The notes under the pieces: model-generated
Databases searched by the model: none
What the model was told of the DNA's origin: nothing
What the model saw: the letters and a program-made list of their open reading frames with translations, nothing else
Shown: positions 52,303 to 61,784 of the stretch, piece after piece
Layout: the number at the start of each line of letters is the position of its first letter
How positions within the stretch are numbered: the stretch's first letter is position 1
NCBI GenBank assembly: GCA_944320495.1
Contig: CALUHR010000009.1
Coordinates: 1-64,000 of the forward strand
Length of the DNA: 64,000 bases
From: Candidatus Methanomethylophilaceae archaeon
GTDB taxonomy: Archaea > Thermoplasmatota > Thermoplasmata > Methanomassiliicoccales > Methanomethylophilaceae
Direction of reading: 5' to 3'
Program-made: the position numbers and the translations under genes

Positions 52303-54099
52303 ATGAGTGAAAGCAAGGAGAAGAGACAGGGGAGGTTCTCGAAGCTCGCCGGTTATGCCGGAGGTCACAGGTACCTCACCTACGCGGCCATGATCCTGTC
52401 CGGATTGAGCGCGGCCATCTCCGTGGTGCCCTTCTATTACATCTGGAAGATGATCGAGGAGGTCCTCCGTGTGATGCCCGACTACGACCGGGCGGTCGGT
52501 CTGGCGAACGACGGATGGATGGCCCTAGGATTCACTGCCCTGGGGGTGCTGGTGTACATCGCGGCGCTCATGTGCTCCCATGTGGCGGCGTTCCGTGTCG
52601 CGAAGAACATCCGGAAGACATGCATCGAGCATGTCATCGAACTACCCCCGGGCGCGTTCGACATGATGGGATCGGGCAAGGTCAGGAGGACCATACAGGA
52701 TTCCGCCTCCGCCACCGAGACGTATCTGGCGCATCAGTTCCCGGATATGGCGGGCAGTGTCGTTCTGCCGCTAGCCATCCTGGTGATGCTGTTTCTGTTC
52801 GATTGGAGGCTGGGCATCGCCAGCCTCGTGCCCGTGGCCCTTGCCTTTCTGGTCATGTGGACCATGGTCGGCAGCAAGGTCATGAAAGAGCATATGGCGG
52901 CATACCAGGAGGCTCTCGGAGATGTCAACAAAGAGGCTGTGGAATATGTCCGCGGTATATCGGTCGTCAAGGCGTTCCAGCAGACCGTCGAGTCGTTCCA
53001 GGCGTTCAAGGAGTCGATACTCAGGTACAGCGAGTTCGTCATCAAGTACACAAGGTGGTGCAGGGGCAGGATGTGCCTATTCGTGGTCGCATCGAACCTG
53101 GCTTTCGCCTCTATTGTGATCATGGCGTTGGCCATCGACGGCTCTCTTGATTGGACGCCGGAGTTCCTCTCCGACTTCCTGTTCTATGTGATATTCACCC
53201 CGCTGGTCGGGGTGCTCCTCATGAGGATAATGTTCGCCAGCAATGAGGGCTACATCGTGGATGACGCGCTGTCGAGGGTCGATGACCTCATGGCCATCCG
53301 GCAGCTCCCCGAGCCAGATGATCCCAAGATCCCTTCCGATTCGACACTGAGGTTCGAGAATGTCACATTCACCTATCCCGGGGCGGACCGCCCGGCGGTG
53401 GATTCGTTCTCGCTGACGATGTCACCCGGTACCGTCACTGCGCTGGTGGGTCCGAGCGGCAGCGGCAAGAGCACCGTAGCCAATCTCGCCTGCAGGTTCT
53501 GGGATCCACAGTCCGGCAGGGTGATTGTCGGTGGCGTCGATCTCCGGGAGATCGGCGGGGCAAAGCTGGGCGAGATGATCTCGTTCGTGTTCCAGAGTTC
53601 CCATCTCATCAAGGGGACGCTGGCCGAGAACGTGAGAATTGCCAGACAGGACGCCTCTGTCGAGGAGGTGCTTGCAGCGCTTCATATGGCGCAGTGCGAT
53701 GACATACTGGCTAAGCTCCCGGAGGGTCTGGAGACGAATATAGGCCCAAGAGGCGTGTACCTCTCCGGGGGAGAGGTCCAGAGGGTGGCGATCGCACGCG
53801 CGATTCTCAAGGACTCCCCGATTGTGATACTCGACGAGGCCACGGCCTTCGCCGATCCCGAGAACGAGTACCTTGTGCAGCGTGCCTTTGAGAACCTATC
53901 CAAGGACAGGACAGTCCTGCTCATAGCGCATCGTCTCACGACAGTACGGGATGCCGACCAAATCTGCGTCATGAGGGACGGCCGCATTGTGGAGGTCGGG
54001 ACGCACCCAGAGCTGTTGGAGTCTCGTGGGGTTTACAGCAGGATGTGGAGCGACTACCAGCAGGCTCTTTCGTGGAAGGTTCAGGGGGCGGTGCAGTGA
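52303..54099 (+). CDS. ABC half-transporter (TMD-NBD), IrtA/YbtP-like
   Basis: Six TM helices, GPSGSGKST, LSGGEVQR, DEATA and IAHRL. Confidence 0.88.
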   Translation: MSESKEKRQGRFSKLAGYAGGHRYLTYAAMILSGLSAAISVVPFYYIWKMIEEVLRVMPDYDRAVGLANDGWMALGFTALGVLVYIAALMCSHVAAFRVAKNIRKTCIEHVIELPPGAFDMMGSGKVRRTIQDSASATETYLAHQFPDMAGSVVLPLAILVMLFLFDWRLGIASLVPVALAFLVMWTMVGSKVMKEHMAAYQEALGDVNKEAVEYVRGISVVKAFQQTVESFQAFKESILRYSEFVIKYTRWCRGRMCLFVVASNLAFASIVIMALAIDGSLDWTPEFLSDFLFYVIFTPLVGVLLMRIMFASNEGYIVDDALSRVDDLMAIRQLPEPDDPKIPSDSTLRFENVTFTYPGADRPAVDSFSLTMSPGTVTALVGPSGSGKSTVANLACRFWDPQSGRVIVGGVDLREIGGAKLGEMISFVFQSSHLIKGTLAENVRIARQDASVEEVLAALHMAQCDDILAKLPEGLETNIGPRGVYLSGGEVQRVAIARAILKDSPIVILDEATAFADPENEYLVQRAFENLSKDRTVLLIAHRLTTVRDADQICVMRDGRIVEVGTHPELLESRGVYSRMWSDYQQALSWKVQGAVQ

Positions 54100-55844
54100 C
54101 CCTCAGGGAATACGCCATGCGCAGGTTCGCCCTGTCTGAGAACGGATATCTTAATCTGAAGCGCAGCACATTGGCGGTCATCCTGCATGACATCAGTCTG
54201 ATCGTACCGGTGATGATCCTGTTCATGCTCGTGTGCGACGTCATGGGCGACAACCCATACGATTTCGGGCTAGATCCTTGGATGTACATCGCTCTGTGCG
54301 TCGTGTCTGTGGCGCTGATGTATGTGACGTACCAGCATCAGTATAATCGCACGTACTTCGACACCTATGTCGAGAGCGCGGAGGTCCGCATCTCCCTGGC
54401 GGAGAGAATAAGGATGCTTCCCCTCTCGTACTTCTCCAAGAAGGACCCTACGGATCTGACGGTCCGCATAATGGGTGATGCCACCATGCAGGAGTCGGCC
54501 ATGACCCATTGGTTCCCGGAGCTCATCGGGGCGATGATCTACACCGTCGTCATGGGAGCGTGCATCATCGTGTTCTCACCCGCCATGGGTGTGGCCTCCC
54601 TATGGCCGGTGCCGTTCGCGTTTGCCATCGTCCTCCTGTCCAAGAGGGTCCAGAGGAGGTTCGCCGACACCAAGAACCGCAGGATGCTGGAGGTCACAGA
54701 GGGAATCCAGGAGTGTCTGGAGTGCCTGAGGGATCTGAGGGGCAACAATGCCGCGAATTCTTACGCGGAAAGACTCTTCTCCAGGATGGACAGGGTCGAA
54801 GGCAGTGAGATCCGCTCCGAGCTCGCCACCGCCGTGTTCGTGGTGGGGGCCCAGCTGCTTCTCAAATTCGGCATCGTCACCACAGCCGTGGTCGGAGGGA
54901 TCCTGCTGATCGATGGATCGATCGACGTAGTAGTTTTCCTGGCGTTCCTGATATTGATCTCCAGGCTCTACGATCCGTTGAACACGGCTCTGCAAAACCT
55001 CGCCGCGATGATCTCCGCGGAGTACAACATGGAGCGTATGCAGGAGATCAATGATCAGCCCGTGATGACTGGGACGACCGATTTCCGTCCGGACGGCTAT
55101 GATATAGTGTTTGACCAAGTCGGATTTTCATACGACGGAGGGGTCACGGTGTTGGGGGACGTATCCTTTACGGCGAAGCAGGGTGAGGTCACGGCGCTGG
55201 TGGGTCCCAGCGGCAGCGGTAAGTCCACGGCAGCGAAGCTCGCCGCCAGATTCTGGGATGTAGGCTCCGGAAGGATAACCATAGGGGGCGTGGATGTCTC
55301 GACGGTGGATCCGGAGACTCTGCTGTCGTGCTTCTCGATCGTCTTCCAGGATGTGACGCTGTTCAACACCACGGTGATGGAAAACATCCGCATCGGTAGA
55401 CGCGGGGCCACTGACGAGGAGGTCCTTGCTGCAGCGAGGGCGGCCAACTGTGACGAGTTCGTGTCCAGGCTTCCGGACGGGTATTCGACTGTCATCGGTG
55501 AGAACGGTGCCAAGCTATCGGGTGGTGAGAGGCAGAGGGTGTCGATCGCTAGGGCGATACTCAAGGACGCCCCGATCGTTCTGTTGGACGAGGCGACAGC
55601 CTCGCTCGATACAGAGTGCGAGACCCAGGTTCAGCATGCGCTCTCCATCCTTGTCAGGGGCAGGACCGTCCTCATCGTGGCGCACAGGATGCGCACGGTG
55701 GAGGGTGCCGACAGGATCGTGGTGCTATCTGGCGGGAGCGTATCCGAGCAAGGTTCCCCGAGAGAACTGATGGAAGAGGATGGGCAGTTCGCCCGCATGG
55801 TCTGCATTCAGCGGTTCTCGGACGAGTGGTCCATCAGGAGCTGA
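54096..55844 (+). CDS. ABC half-transporter (TMD-NBD), IrtB/YbtQ-like
   Basis: GTG start overlaps the upstream TGA; GPSGSGKST, LSGGERQR and DEATA. Confidence 0.88.
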   Translation: MTLREYAMRRFALSENGYLNLKRSTLAVILHDISLIVPVMILFMLVCDVMGDNPYDFGLDPWMYIALCVVSVALMYVTYQHQYNRTYFDTYVESAEVRISLAERIRMLPLSYFSKKDPTDLTVRIMGDATMQESAMTHWFPELIGAMIYTVVMGACIIVFSPAMGVASLWPVPFAFAIVLLSKRVQRRFADTKNRRMLEVTEGIQECLECLRDLRGNNAANSYAERLFSRMDRVEGSEIRSELATAVFVVGAQLLLKFGIVTTAVVGGILLIDGSIDVVVFLAFLILISRLYDPLNTALQNLAAMISAEYNMERMQEINDQPVMTGTTDFRPDGYDIVFDQVGFSYDGGVTVLGDVSFTAKQGEVTALVGPSGSGKSTAAKLAARFWDVGSGRITIGGVDVSTVDPETLLSCFSIVFQDVTLFNTTVMENIRIGRRGATDEEVLAAARAANCDEFVSRLPDGYSTVIGENGAKLSGGERQRVSIARAILKDAPIVLLDEATASLDTECETQVQHALSILVRGRTVLIVAHRMRTVEGADRIVVLSGGSVSEQGSPRELMEEDGQFARMVCIQRFSDEWSIRS

Positions 55845-55855
55845 AACATAAAAAC

Positions 55856-55880
55856 GGGCCCCTTCGGGGGTCCTTTCTTC
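55856..55880 (+). terminator. Hairpin terminator of ABC operon
   Basis: GGGCCCC-TTCG-GGGGTCC followed by TTTCTTC. Confidence 0.65.
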
Positions 55881-56040
55881 TGTAGGTCGAGGGGATGCTG
55901 GGCCATTGGCGGACCCCGAACGCACTCCAATGGCAACGACCTCCATGCAGGCGTGCGCGTGCTTTCCGTTATTGGCGTCCAGATCCTCGAGATCGTCTGG
56001 GCAGTCTCCGATTTATACCATGCACACCACTCCGCCCTCC

Positions 56041-56718
56041 ATGGACAGGGACGAGGTCCAGAGGGTCAAGACCAAGCCGACGCTGGCTGATTTCGCCGAG
56101 ATGACCCTCGCCGTCTTCATAATGGCTCTGGGCGTCATCATCACCGTCAGGTCCCTCCAGGGCGTCTCCCCGGTGTCGTCCCTCACATACGTCCTCAGCC
56201 AGGTCGCCGACGTCTCACTGGGGACGATGACGTTCATCGTCTACTTCGTGTTCGTCCTGTTCCAGTGCGCCGTCTACAGGGACAGGGGTATGACCATCAG
56301 GGTCTTCAGCCAGCTGCCGTACACGATCCTGTACAGCGTCTGCATGGATGTGCTCGATTACGCGCTCGCGCCGCTCAGCGCGGAGACGCTGGCGGGCCAG
56401 TGGGGGCTCGTCCTGATCGGATGCATGCTCACCAGCCTGGCCATCGCCATGGAGGCGGACGCGAACGTGTCGATGCTCCCGGACGACGGTCTGATGCTCG
56501 CGGTCCACAGGGCCACGAAGATCCCCCTCGGCAGGAGTATCATCGTCGTGAACATTGTGTCCATAGCGGCGGCCTTCGCCATCTCCCTGGGTGTCCTGGG
56601 AGGATTCTACGGGGTCGGTCTGGGAACGATATTCATGGCCATCGCCCAGGGGTACATAGTCAAGGCGATGACGCCGATGTTCAGAAGGTTCCGCAAGCAC
56701 GGCCATCTGGATCTCCGA
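56041..56718 (+). CDS. YczE/YitT-like membrane protein
   Basis: GVSPVSSL and GLGTIFMAIAQG in a multi-TM protein; TTTATA lies upstream. Ends at CGA 56716-18; the standard-code ORF runs antisense through hisA to 57663. Confidence 0.75.
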
Positions 56719-56775
56719 CGGCCGTGCCGGTGCGGGACGGGTTTCACGGAAATGCCGTCGTCACGATGTGTGGGA

Positions 56776-57489
56776 TCAGGCGGTCCAGGGGGTCTCCCAC
56801 TCCCAGGGCCTGATGACCTCGGTGTACAGGGCCAGTCCGACGACGGCTCCCTCTGCCCCCGCATCGGCGAGGATCCTCGCGTCCTCCTCGGACGTGATGC
56901 CCCCGGACGCTATGACCGGGCACGGGCAGGCCGAGATGAATCCGCGGGCCTGGGACTCGTCTATTCCTTTCCTCTGACCTTCCACATCGACGTTGGTGTT
57001 CAGGACGCCGGCCAGCGGGAGGTCGCGGATCTTGTCGAACATCTCCTCCACGGTCATCTGCGCGGACTCCTGCCATCCCTTGATGGCGATGCGTCCGCCC
57101 TTGGTGTCCATGGACAGGACGATCCGTCCGGGGTGGCGGTCGGCGATCTCCGCGAGCCATTCCGGTTCCTTGACGGCCTTGGTGCCTACGACCACGCGGT
57201 CCGCCCCTGCGGCAACGAGCTCGTCGACGGTCTCGGTGGACCTGATCCCGCCCCCGACCTCTGCGGGGACGCCGCATTCCTCGATGATCCTCTTGAAGAC
57301 GGGGATGTTCCCCTCCTTCCCGAAGGCGGCGTCCAGGTCCACCAGGTGGAGGTATCTGGCGCCCTTGGAGATCCACATCTCCGCCACGGAGGCCGGATCG
57401 GGCATGACGATCTGCTGGCTGCCGGGGACTCCCCCGACGAGCTGGACCACCTGGTGGTCCATGACGTCCACCGCGGGTATGACCCTCAC
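56776..57489 (-). CDS. hisA: ProFAR isomerase
   Basis: VIPAVD, LHLVDLDAA, VGGGIR and ASGG; GTG start. Confidence 0.95.
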   Translation of the reverse strand: MRVIPAVDVMDHQVVQLVGGVPGSQQIVMPDPASVAEMWISKGARYLHLVDLDAAFGKEGNIPVFKRIIEECGVPAEVGGGIRSTETVDELVAAGADRVVVGTKAVKEPEWLAEIADRHPGRIVLSMDTKGGRIAIKGWQESAQMTVEEMFDKIRDLPLAGVLNTNVDVEGQRKGIDESQARGFISACPCPVIASGGITSEEDARILADAGAEGAVVGLALYTEVIRPWEWETPWTA

Positions 57490-58088
57490 AGTACCGACTC
57501 CGCGAATGAGATGAAGTTCCTGAGGAATGCCATGCCCGACGCGCTGCTCTTCTCGGGATGGAACTGGGTGCCGTACGTGTTGGCCTTGCGGAAGAACGCC
57601 GGCACGGTCTTCCCCTCGTATTCGGTGGTGCCGATGGTGACGTCCTCGTCCGGACTGCCGTAGTAGGAATGGACGAAGTAGAAGTGGTCGTCGGGCACGC
57701 CGTCCATCAGGGGATCCCCCGATTCCACGGTGTTCCAGCCCATGTGGGGGACGATCTCGGCCTCGAGGGGCACAACGCGTCCCTTTATGACGCCGAGTCC
57801 GGGGGACCTGCCCTCGTCGCTGCCCTCGAACAGGATCTGCATGCCTATGCATATCCCGAGCGCGGGGGTCCCGGAGAGGAGCCTCTCCATGATCTCGTCG
57901 CGGTAGGGCTCCAGCCTCTCCATCGTCTTGTCGAAGGCCCCGACGCCGGGGAAGACTATGCATTCCGCATCGAGCACTTCCCTCATGTCGGTGACCACCT
58001 CGACCCTGGCGCCGCAGTTCTCCAGCGAGCGCCTTATCGAGTACAGGTTCCCGACGCCGTAGTCGGTGAGCGTGATGCTCAGCGGCAT
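57486..58088 (-). CDS. hisH: Imidazole glycerol phosphate synthase glutaminase subunit
   Basis: DYGVGNL, PGVGAF, GICIGMQ, PHMGWN and QFHPEKS. Confidence 0.96.
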   Translation of the reverse strand: MPLSITLTDYGVGNLYSIRRSLENCGARVEVVTDMREVLDAECIVFPGVGAFDKTMERLEPYRDEIMERLLSGTPALGICIGMQILFEGSDEGRSPGLGVIKGRVVPLEAEIVPHMGWNTVESGDPLMDGVPDDHFYFVHSYYGSPDEDVTIGTTEYEGKTVPAFFRKANTYGTQFHPEKSSASGMAFLRNFISFAESVL

Positions 58089-59134
58089 TCCTCGATCACC
58101 TCGGCGGTCTTCTCGAGGAGCAGGGCGTTGAGCTCCGGTGTGCCCACGGTGGGCCTGACGCAGTTCTCCGTCCTCCTCTTGGCGCCGAAGTCCCTGATGA
58201 GGATGCCCCGCTCCTTGAGGCCGGACACGAGTGCGGTGTGGTCCACGGGGGACCTGGCGAGTATGAAGTTGGCGTCGGAATGGAAGGTCTCGAACCCGAG
58301 CTTCCTGAGGCCGGCCTCGAGCTTCGGGCGCTCCTGTCTGACCATGTCGACGCTGCGGCGTATGAAGTCCTGGTCGTGCACGGCGGCTATGGCGGCCCCC
58401 TCGCTCACGGCGTTCAGCGAGTAGGGGATCTTCACGCTGGCCATCATGTCGGCCAGCTTCCTGTTGGACGCCATGTATCCGACGCGCATCGCCGCGAGGG
58501 CGTACGCCTTGGAGAAGGTCCTGGTGACGACGAGGTTGTCGAACTCCCCGACCCTGCGGATGAGCCCCTCGCCGGAGTACTCGGTGTACGCCTCGTCGAT
58601 GACGACGATGCCCTCGAACCTGGAGAGGAGGTCCTCGATGTCCCTGTCGCGGAAGCAGTTCCCGGTGGGATTGTTGGGGGACGGGATGATGGTGAGCTTC
58701 GCCCCCGTCCTGACCATGGAGTCGACGTCCAGCTGGAAGTCGTCGGTCAGATCGACCATGATCGCCTTGCCGCCGTTGCTCTTGACGAAGTAGTCGTAGA
58801 GCGAATACGATGGGTAGGGCAGGGCGGTGTCGTCCCCCCAGTTGGTGAACGTTTTGAAGATGACGTCGATCATCTCGTCGGACCCGTTCCCGGCTATGAT
58901 GGTGTCGGGGTCCAGGCCGTAGAGCTCGCCCAGGGCCTCCCTCAGGCCGCCGGAGTAGGTGTCCGGGTAGGCGTTGAGGTCCCACTCATGGGTGCGGAGG
59001 TACTCCGCCGCGGCGGGGTTCGATCCGAGGACGTTGGTGTTGGTGTCGAGGCGCACCTCGCCGTGCAGCTTGGGGTTGTAGTACTTGACGAAATCCCTCG
59101 CCGTCTCCCTCATTATGCTGCGGTCCGCGTCCAT
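58079..59134 (-). CDS. hisC: Histidinol-phosphate aminotransferase
   Basis: GNGSDE, PNNPTG, DEAY and RTFSKAYALAAMRVGY. Confidence 0.95.
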   Translation of the reverse strand: MDADRSIMRETARDFVKYYNPKLHGEVRLDTNTNVLGSNPAAAEYLRTHEWDLNAYPDTYSGGLREALGELYGLDPDTIIAGNGSDEMIDVIFKTFTNWGDDTALPYPSYSLYDYFVKSNGGKAIMVDLTDDFQLDVDSMVRTGAKLTIIPSPNNPTGNCFRDRDIEDLLSRFEGIVVIDEAYTEYSGEGLIRRVGEFDNLVVTRTFSKAYALAAMRVGYMASNRKLADMMASVKIPYSLNAVSEGAAIAAVHDQDFIRRSVDMVRQERPKLEAGLRKLGFETFHSDANFILARSPVDHTALVSGLKERGILIRDFGAKRRTENCVRPTVGTPELNALLLEKTAEVIEECR

Positions 59135-59997
59135 CAGTTCACCAGCCTCTCGATGGCGGTGGTGAGGATTCCCTTGGCCCCGATCTTCTTCAGTTCGAGG
59201 ATGGTGTGGAAGGTGTCCTTGCTGTCGATGACCGCGTGGAGCGCGACGTATCCGCTGTTGCCGGCGATGTCGAGGATGGTGGGCCCCTCGAGTCCGGGGA
59301 CGATCCTCTCGGCGTCGGCGATGCGGTCCTTGGGGACGTTGGCCATGAGGTACTTCTTGCGCTCGGCGTCGATGACGCTCCTGATGGAGTCCGCGAGCTC
59401 GTCTATGGCGTCGCCGCACCTGTCCATGGCCTCGCGGCTGGTGAAGATGCAGGCCTGGGAGTCCAGGATCCTGGCGGCCTCCACCATCCTGTTCATCTTG
59501 AGGGTGGATCCGGTGGACACGAGGTCGACGATGAAGTCGGAGATGCCGATGTAGGGCATGACCTCGGCCGCGCCGGTGACCTCGATGACCTTGACGTCCT
59601 TGCCGATGGACTCGAAGTAGAGCCTGGCTATGTTGGGGTACGAGGTGGCGGCCCTGCTGCCGTCCCTGATCTGGGACGCATCGGTTATGCCACTGCTCTC
59701 GGGGACCGCCACGGCCATGTGGCAGTATCCGAACTCTAGGGGCAGCCTCTCGACCAGTTCGTATCCGGACTCGGCCACCTGGTCCTGGCCGGTGATTCCA
59801 AGGTCGATGGCTCCGGAGGCTATGAACTCAGGTATGTCCTGGGCCCTGAGGAACAGCACCTCCACATCATGGTTCCTAGCTCTGATGTAGAGCTTCCTGC
59901 CGATATCCTCTCCAAGGTCGATCCCCGACTTGGTCAGGAGCTCGACCGCCCTCTCGTTGAGGCGCCCTTTGTTTGGCACACCGAATTTAAGCGTCAT
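59134..59997 (-). CDS. hisG: ATP phosphoribosyltransferase (long form)
   Basis: PNKGRL, RAQDIP, ATSYP, DLVSTGSTL and PGLEGPT. Confidence 0.96.
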   Translation of the reverse strand: MTLKFGVPNKGRLNERAVELLTKSGIDLGEDIGRKLYIRARNHDVEVLFLRAQDIPEFIASGAIDLGITGQDQVAESGYELVERLPLEFGYCHMAVAVPESSGITDASQIRDGSRAATSYPNIARLYFESIGKDVKVIEVTGAAEVMPYIGISDFIVDLVSTGSTLKMNRMVEAARILDSQACIFTSREAMDRCGDAIDELADSIRSVIDAERKKYLMANVPKDRIADAERIVPGLEGPTILDIAGNSGYVALHAVIDSKDTFHTILELKKIGAKGILTTAIERLVN

Positions 59998-60092
59998 GTT
60001 GCCTCGCTCCACCCAATGTCTGATGGTATAAGGACATTTACGGTTGCGAGTCCTGGGAGTCGCTAAATACGTCGCAGGGGAATCATCGGGTC

Positions 60093-60644
60093 ATGGATGT
60101 CTCGGAAGTCCTTTCGGGGCTGAGGGGTCAGGCGGGTACCGTGGACGCCCAGCTGATGTCTGACGGGCTGTTCTCCAGGATACTGGCGGAGGAGTCCACG
60201 GTGGTCGGTGCGGGGGGCACGATGCCGGTCAGGAACGTCGGCATCGAGGAATGCTCCGAACGCGACCACAGGTTCTGCATCTTCCTGCGTCCCGGAGGCA
60301 TAGACAGCCAGAGGGGGCCGGGGACCCACACGATGATCATGAGGGACGGTCAGGGACGCGTCGTCGGATACGACATCCCCCGGGACGAGATACCGATCTG
60401 GCGCAGCAGGACGGACGTGATCTTCCTGTCCGACGACTTCGTGATGTTCTCGGATGCGATAACCCACGGGCAGGTCACCATGGAGATCCACTCCCGCCCG
60501 TACAGGGGCGAAGGCGACTGGATCCCGGAGTCCTGCAGGTCGATAATCTGGTTCCCGTGCTCGACCAGCTCGCTGATACTCGGGGAGTCCTACGGCGTCA
60601 CGGTCGGGACGGTCTCCGCGGCGATCGTCGCGATGGATCTTTGA
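60093..60644 (+). CDS. Hypothetical protein
   Basis: Fills the gap between hisG and asd with genome-typical codon usage; no recognisable motif. Confidence 0.65.
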   Translation: MDVSEVLSGLRGQAGTVDAQLMSDGLFSRILAEESTVVGAGGTMPVRNVGIEECSERDHRFCIFLRPGGIDSQRGPGTHTMIMRDGQGRVVGYDIPRDEIPIWRSRTDVIFLSDDFVMFSDAITHGQVTMEIHSRPYRGEGDWIPESCRSIIWFPCSTSSLILGESYGVTVGTVSAAIVAMDL

Positions 60645-60678
60645 AGAAGGTCCGGGGCATGGGCCCCGGGAAGGAATT

Positions 60679-61743
60679 TCAGAGGATGCCGGTGGCCTTG
60701 GCCAGCTCAGCGTTGAGGACGGATCCGCCGGCGCCGCCCCTGAGGGTGTTGTGGGACATGGCGAAGGCCTTGTAGTATCCGTTGCTCTGTCTGAGTCTGC
60801 CGACGGTCACGGCCATGCCGCGTGCCCTGGCGGGCCTCCCGGCCATGGCGTCGAACACGGGCTGGGGGCGGTTGTCCTCGGTCCTGACGATGATGGGCTG
60901 CTCGGGAGCGGACGGAAGTCCGAGCCTCTGGGGCTCGCCGCGGAAGCCGGTCAGGCATGCGGACAGCTCGTCGAGGGTGGGCTGCTGCTCCATGTCCAGT
61001 ACGAGGGACTCGAGGTGGCCGTCGACGACGGGGACCCTGGCGCAGTTCGCCATGACCTTGAATCCGGCGTAGCGGAACTCCCCGTCCTCGTAGGTGCCGA
61101 GCATCTTGGCGAGCTCGGTCTCCATCTTCTCCTCCTCGTGGCTGATGAAGGGCACGACGTTGCCGACGGCGTCGAGCGACGGGACGCCTGGGTAGCCAGC
61201 TCCGGAGAGCGCCTGGTAGGTGGACACGAAGACCTGCCTGAGCCCGAACGCCTGGTTGATGGCGTGGAGGGGAGCGGCGATGCCGGTGGACGAGCAGTTC
61301 GCGTTGGTGACGATGTATCCGCCGGTCTCGGAGTAGGTGGGCTGGTCCCTGATGGAGGCCATCTGGGCTGGGTTGACCTCGGGGATGATGATGGGCACGT
61401 GGGCGTCCATCCTGTGGGACCCCGCGTTGGTGAAGACCGCCACGCCGGCCTGTGCCAGCTCGGTCTCGGTGGGTCCGGCGAGGTCCGACGGGATGCCGCT
61501 GAAGGCGATCCTGCAGTTCTTGGAGATCTTGGCGATGTCCATGGTCTCGATCCTGCGGTCCATGGTGTCGTCCAGGTACTCGTGGTCCCTGACCTTGAGG
61601 ACGTCTCCTAGCCTCTTGCCGTTCGACCTCTCCGATGCGTAAAGCCCCTCGATCTCGAACCAGGGGTGGTCCTCCAGCATCTGGATGAACCTCTGACCGA
61701 TCATCCCCGTTGCACCGAGGACTGCGACGCTGATCTTGCTCAT
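60679..61743 (-). CDS. asd: Aspartate-semialdehyde dehydrogenase
   Basis: LGATGMIG, PEVN, NANCS, RVPVVDGH and HNTLRGGAG. Confidence 0.96.
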   Translation of the reverse strand: MSKISVAVLGATGMIGQRFIQMLEDHPWFEIEGLYASERSNGKRLGDVLKVRDHEYLDDTMDRRIETMDIAKISKNCRIAFSGIPSDLAGPTETELAQAGVAVFTNAGSHRMDAHVPIIIPEVNPAQMASIRDQPTYSETGGYIVTNANCSSTGIAAPLHAINQAFGLRQVFVSTYQALSGAGYPGVPSLDAVGNVVPFISHEEEKMETELAKMLGTYEDGEFRYAGFKVMANCARVPVVDGHLESLVLDMEQQPTLDELSACLTGFRGEPQRLGLPSAPEQPIIVRTEDNRPQPVFDAMAGRPARARGMAVTVGRLRQSNGYYKAFAMSHNTLRGGAGGSVLNAELAKATGIL

Positions 61744-61784
61744 TGCGGATACACTCCGATGCGCGTGCATCCCCGCTACGATAT

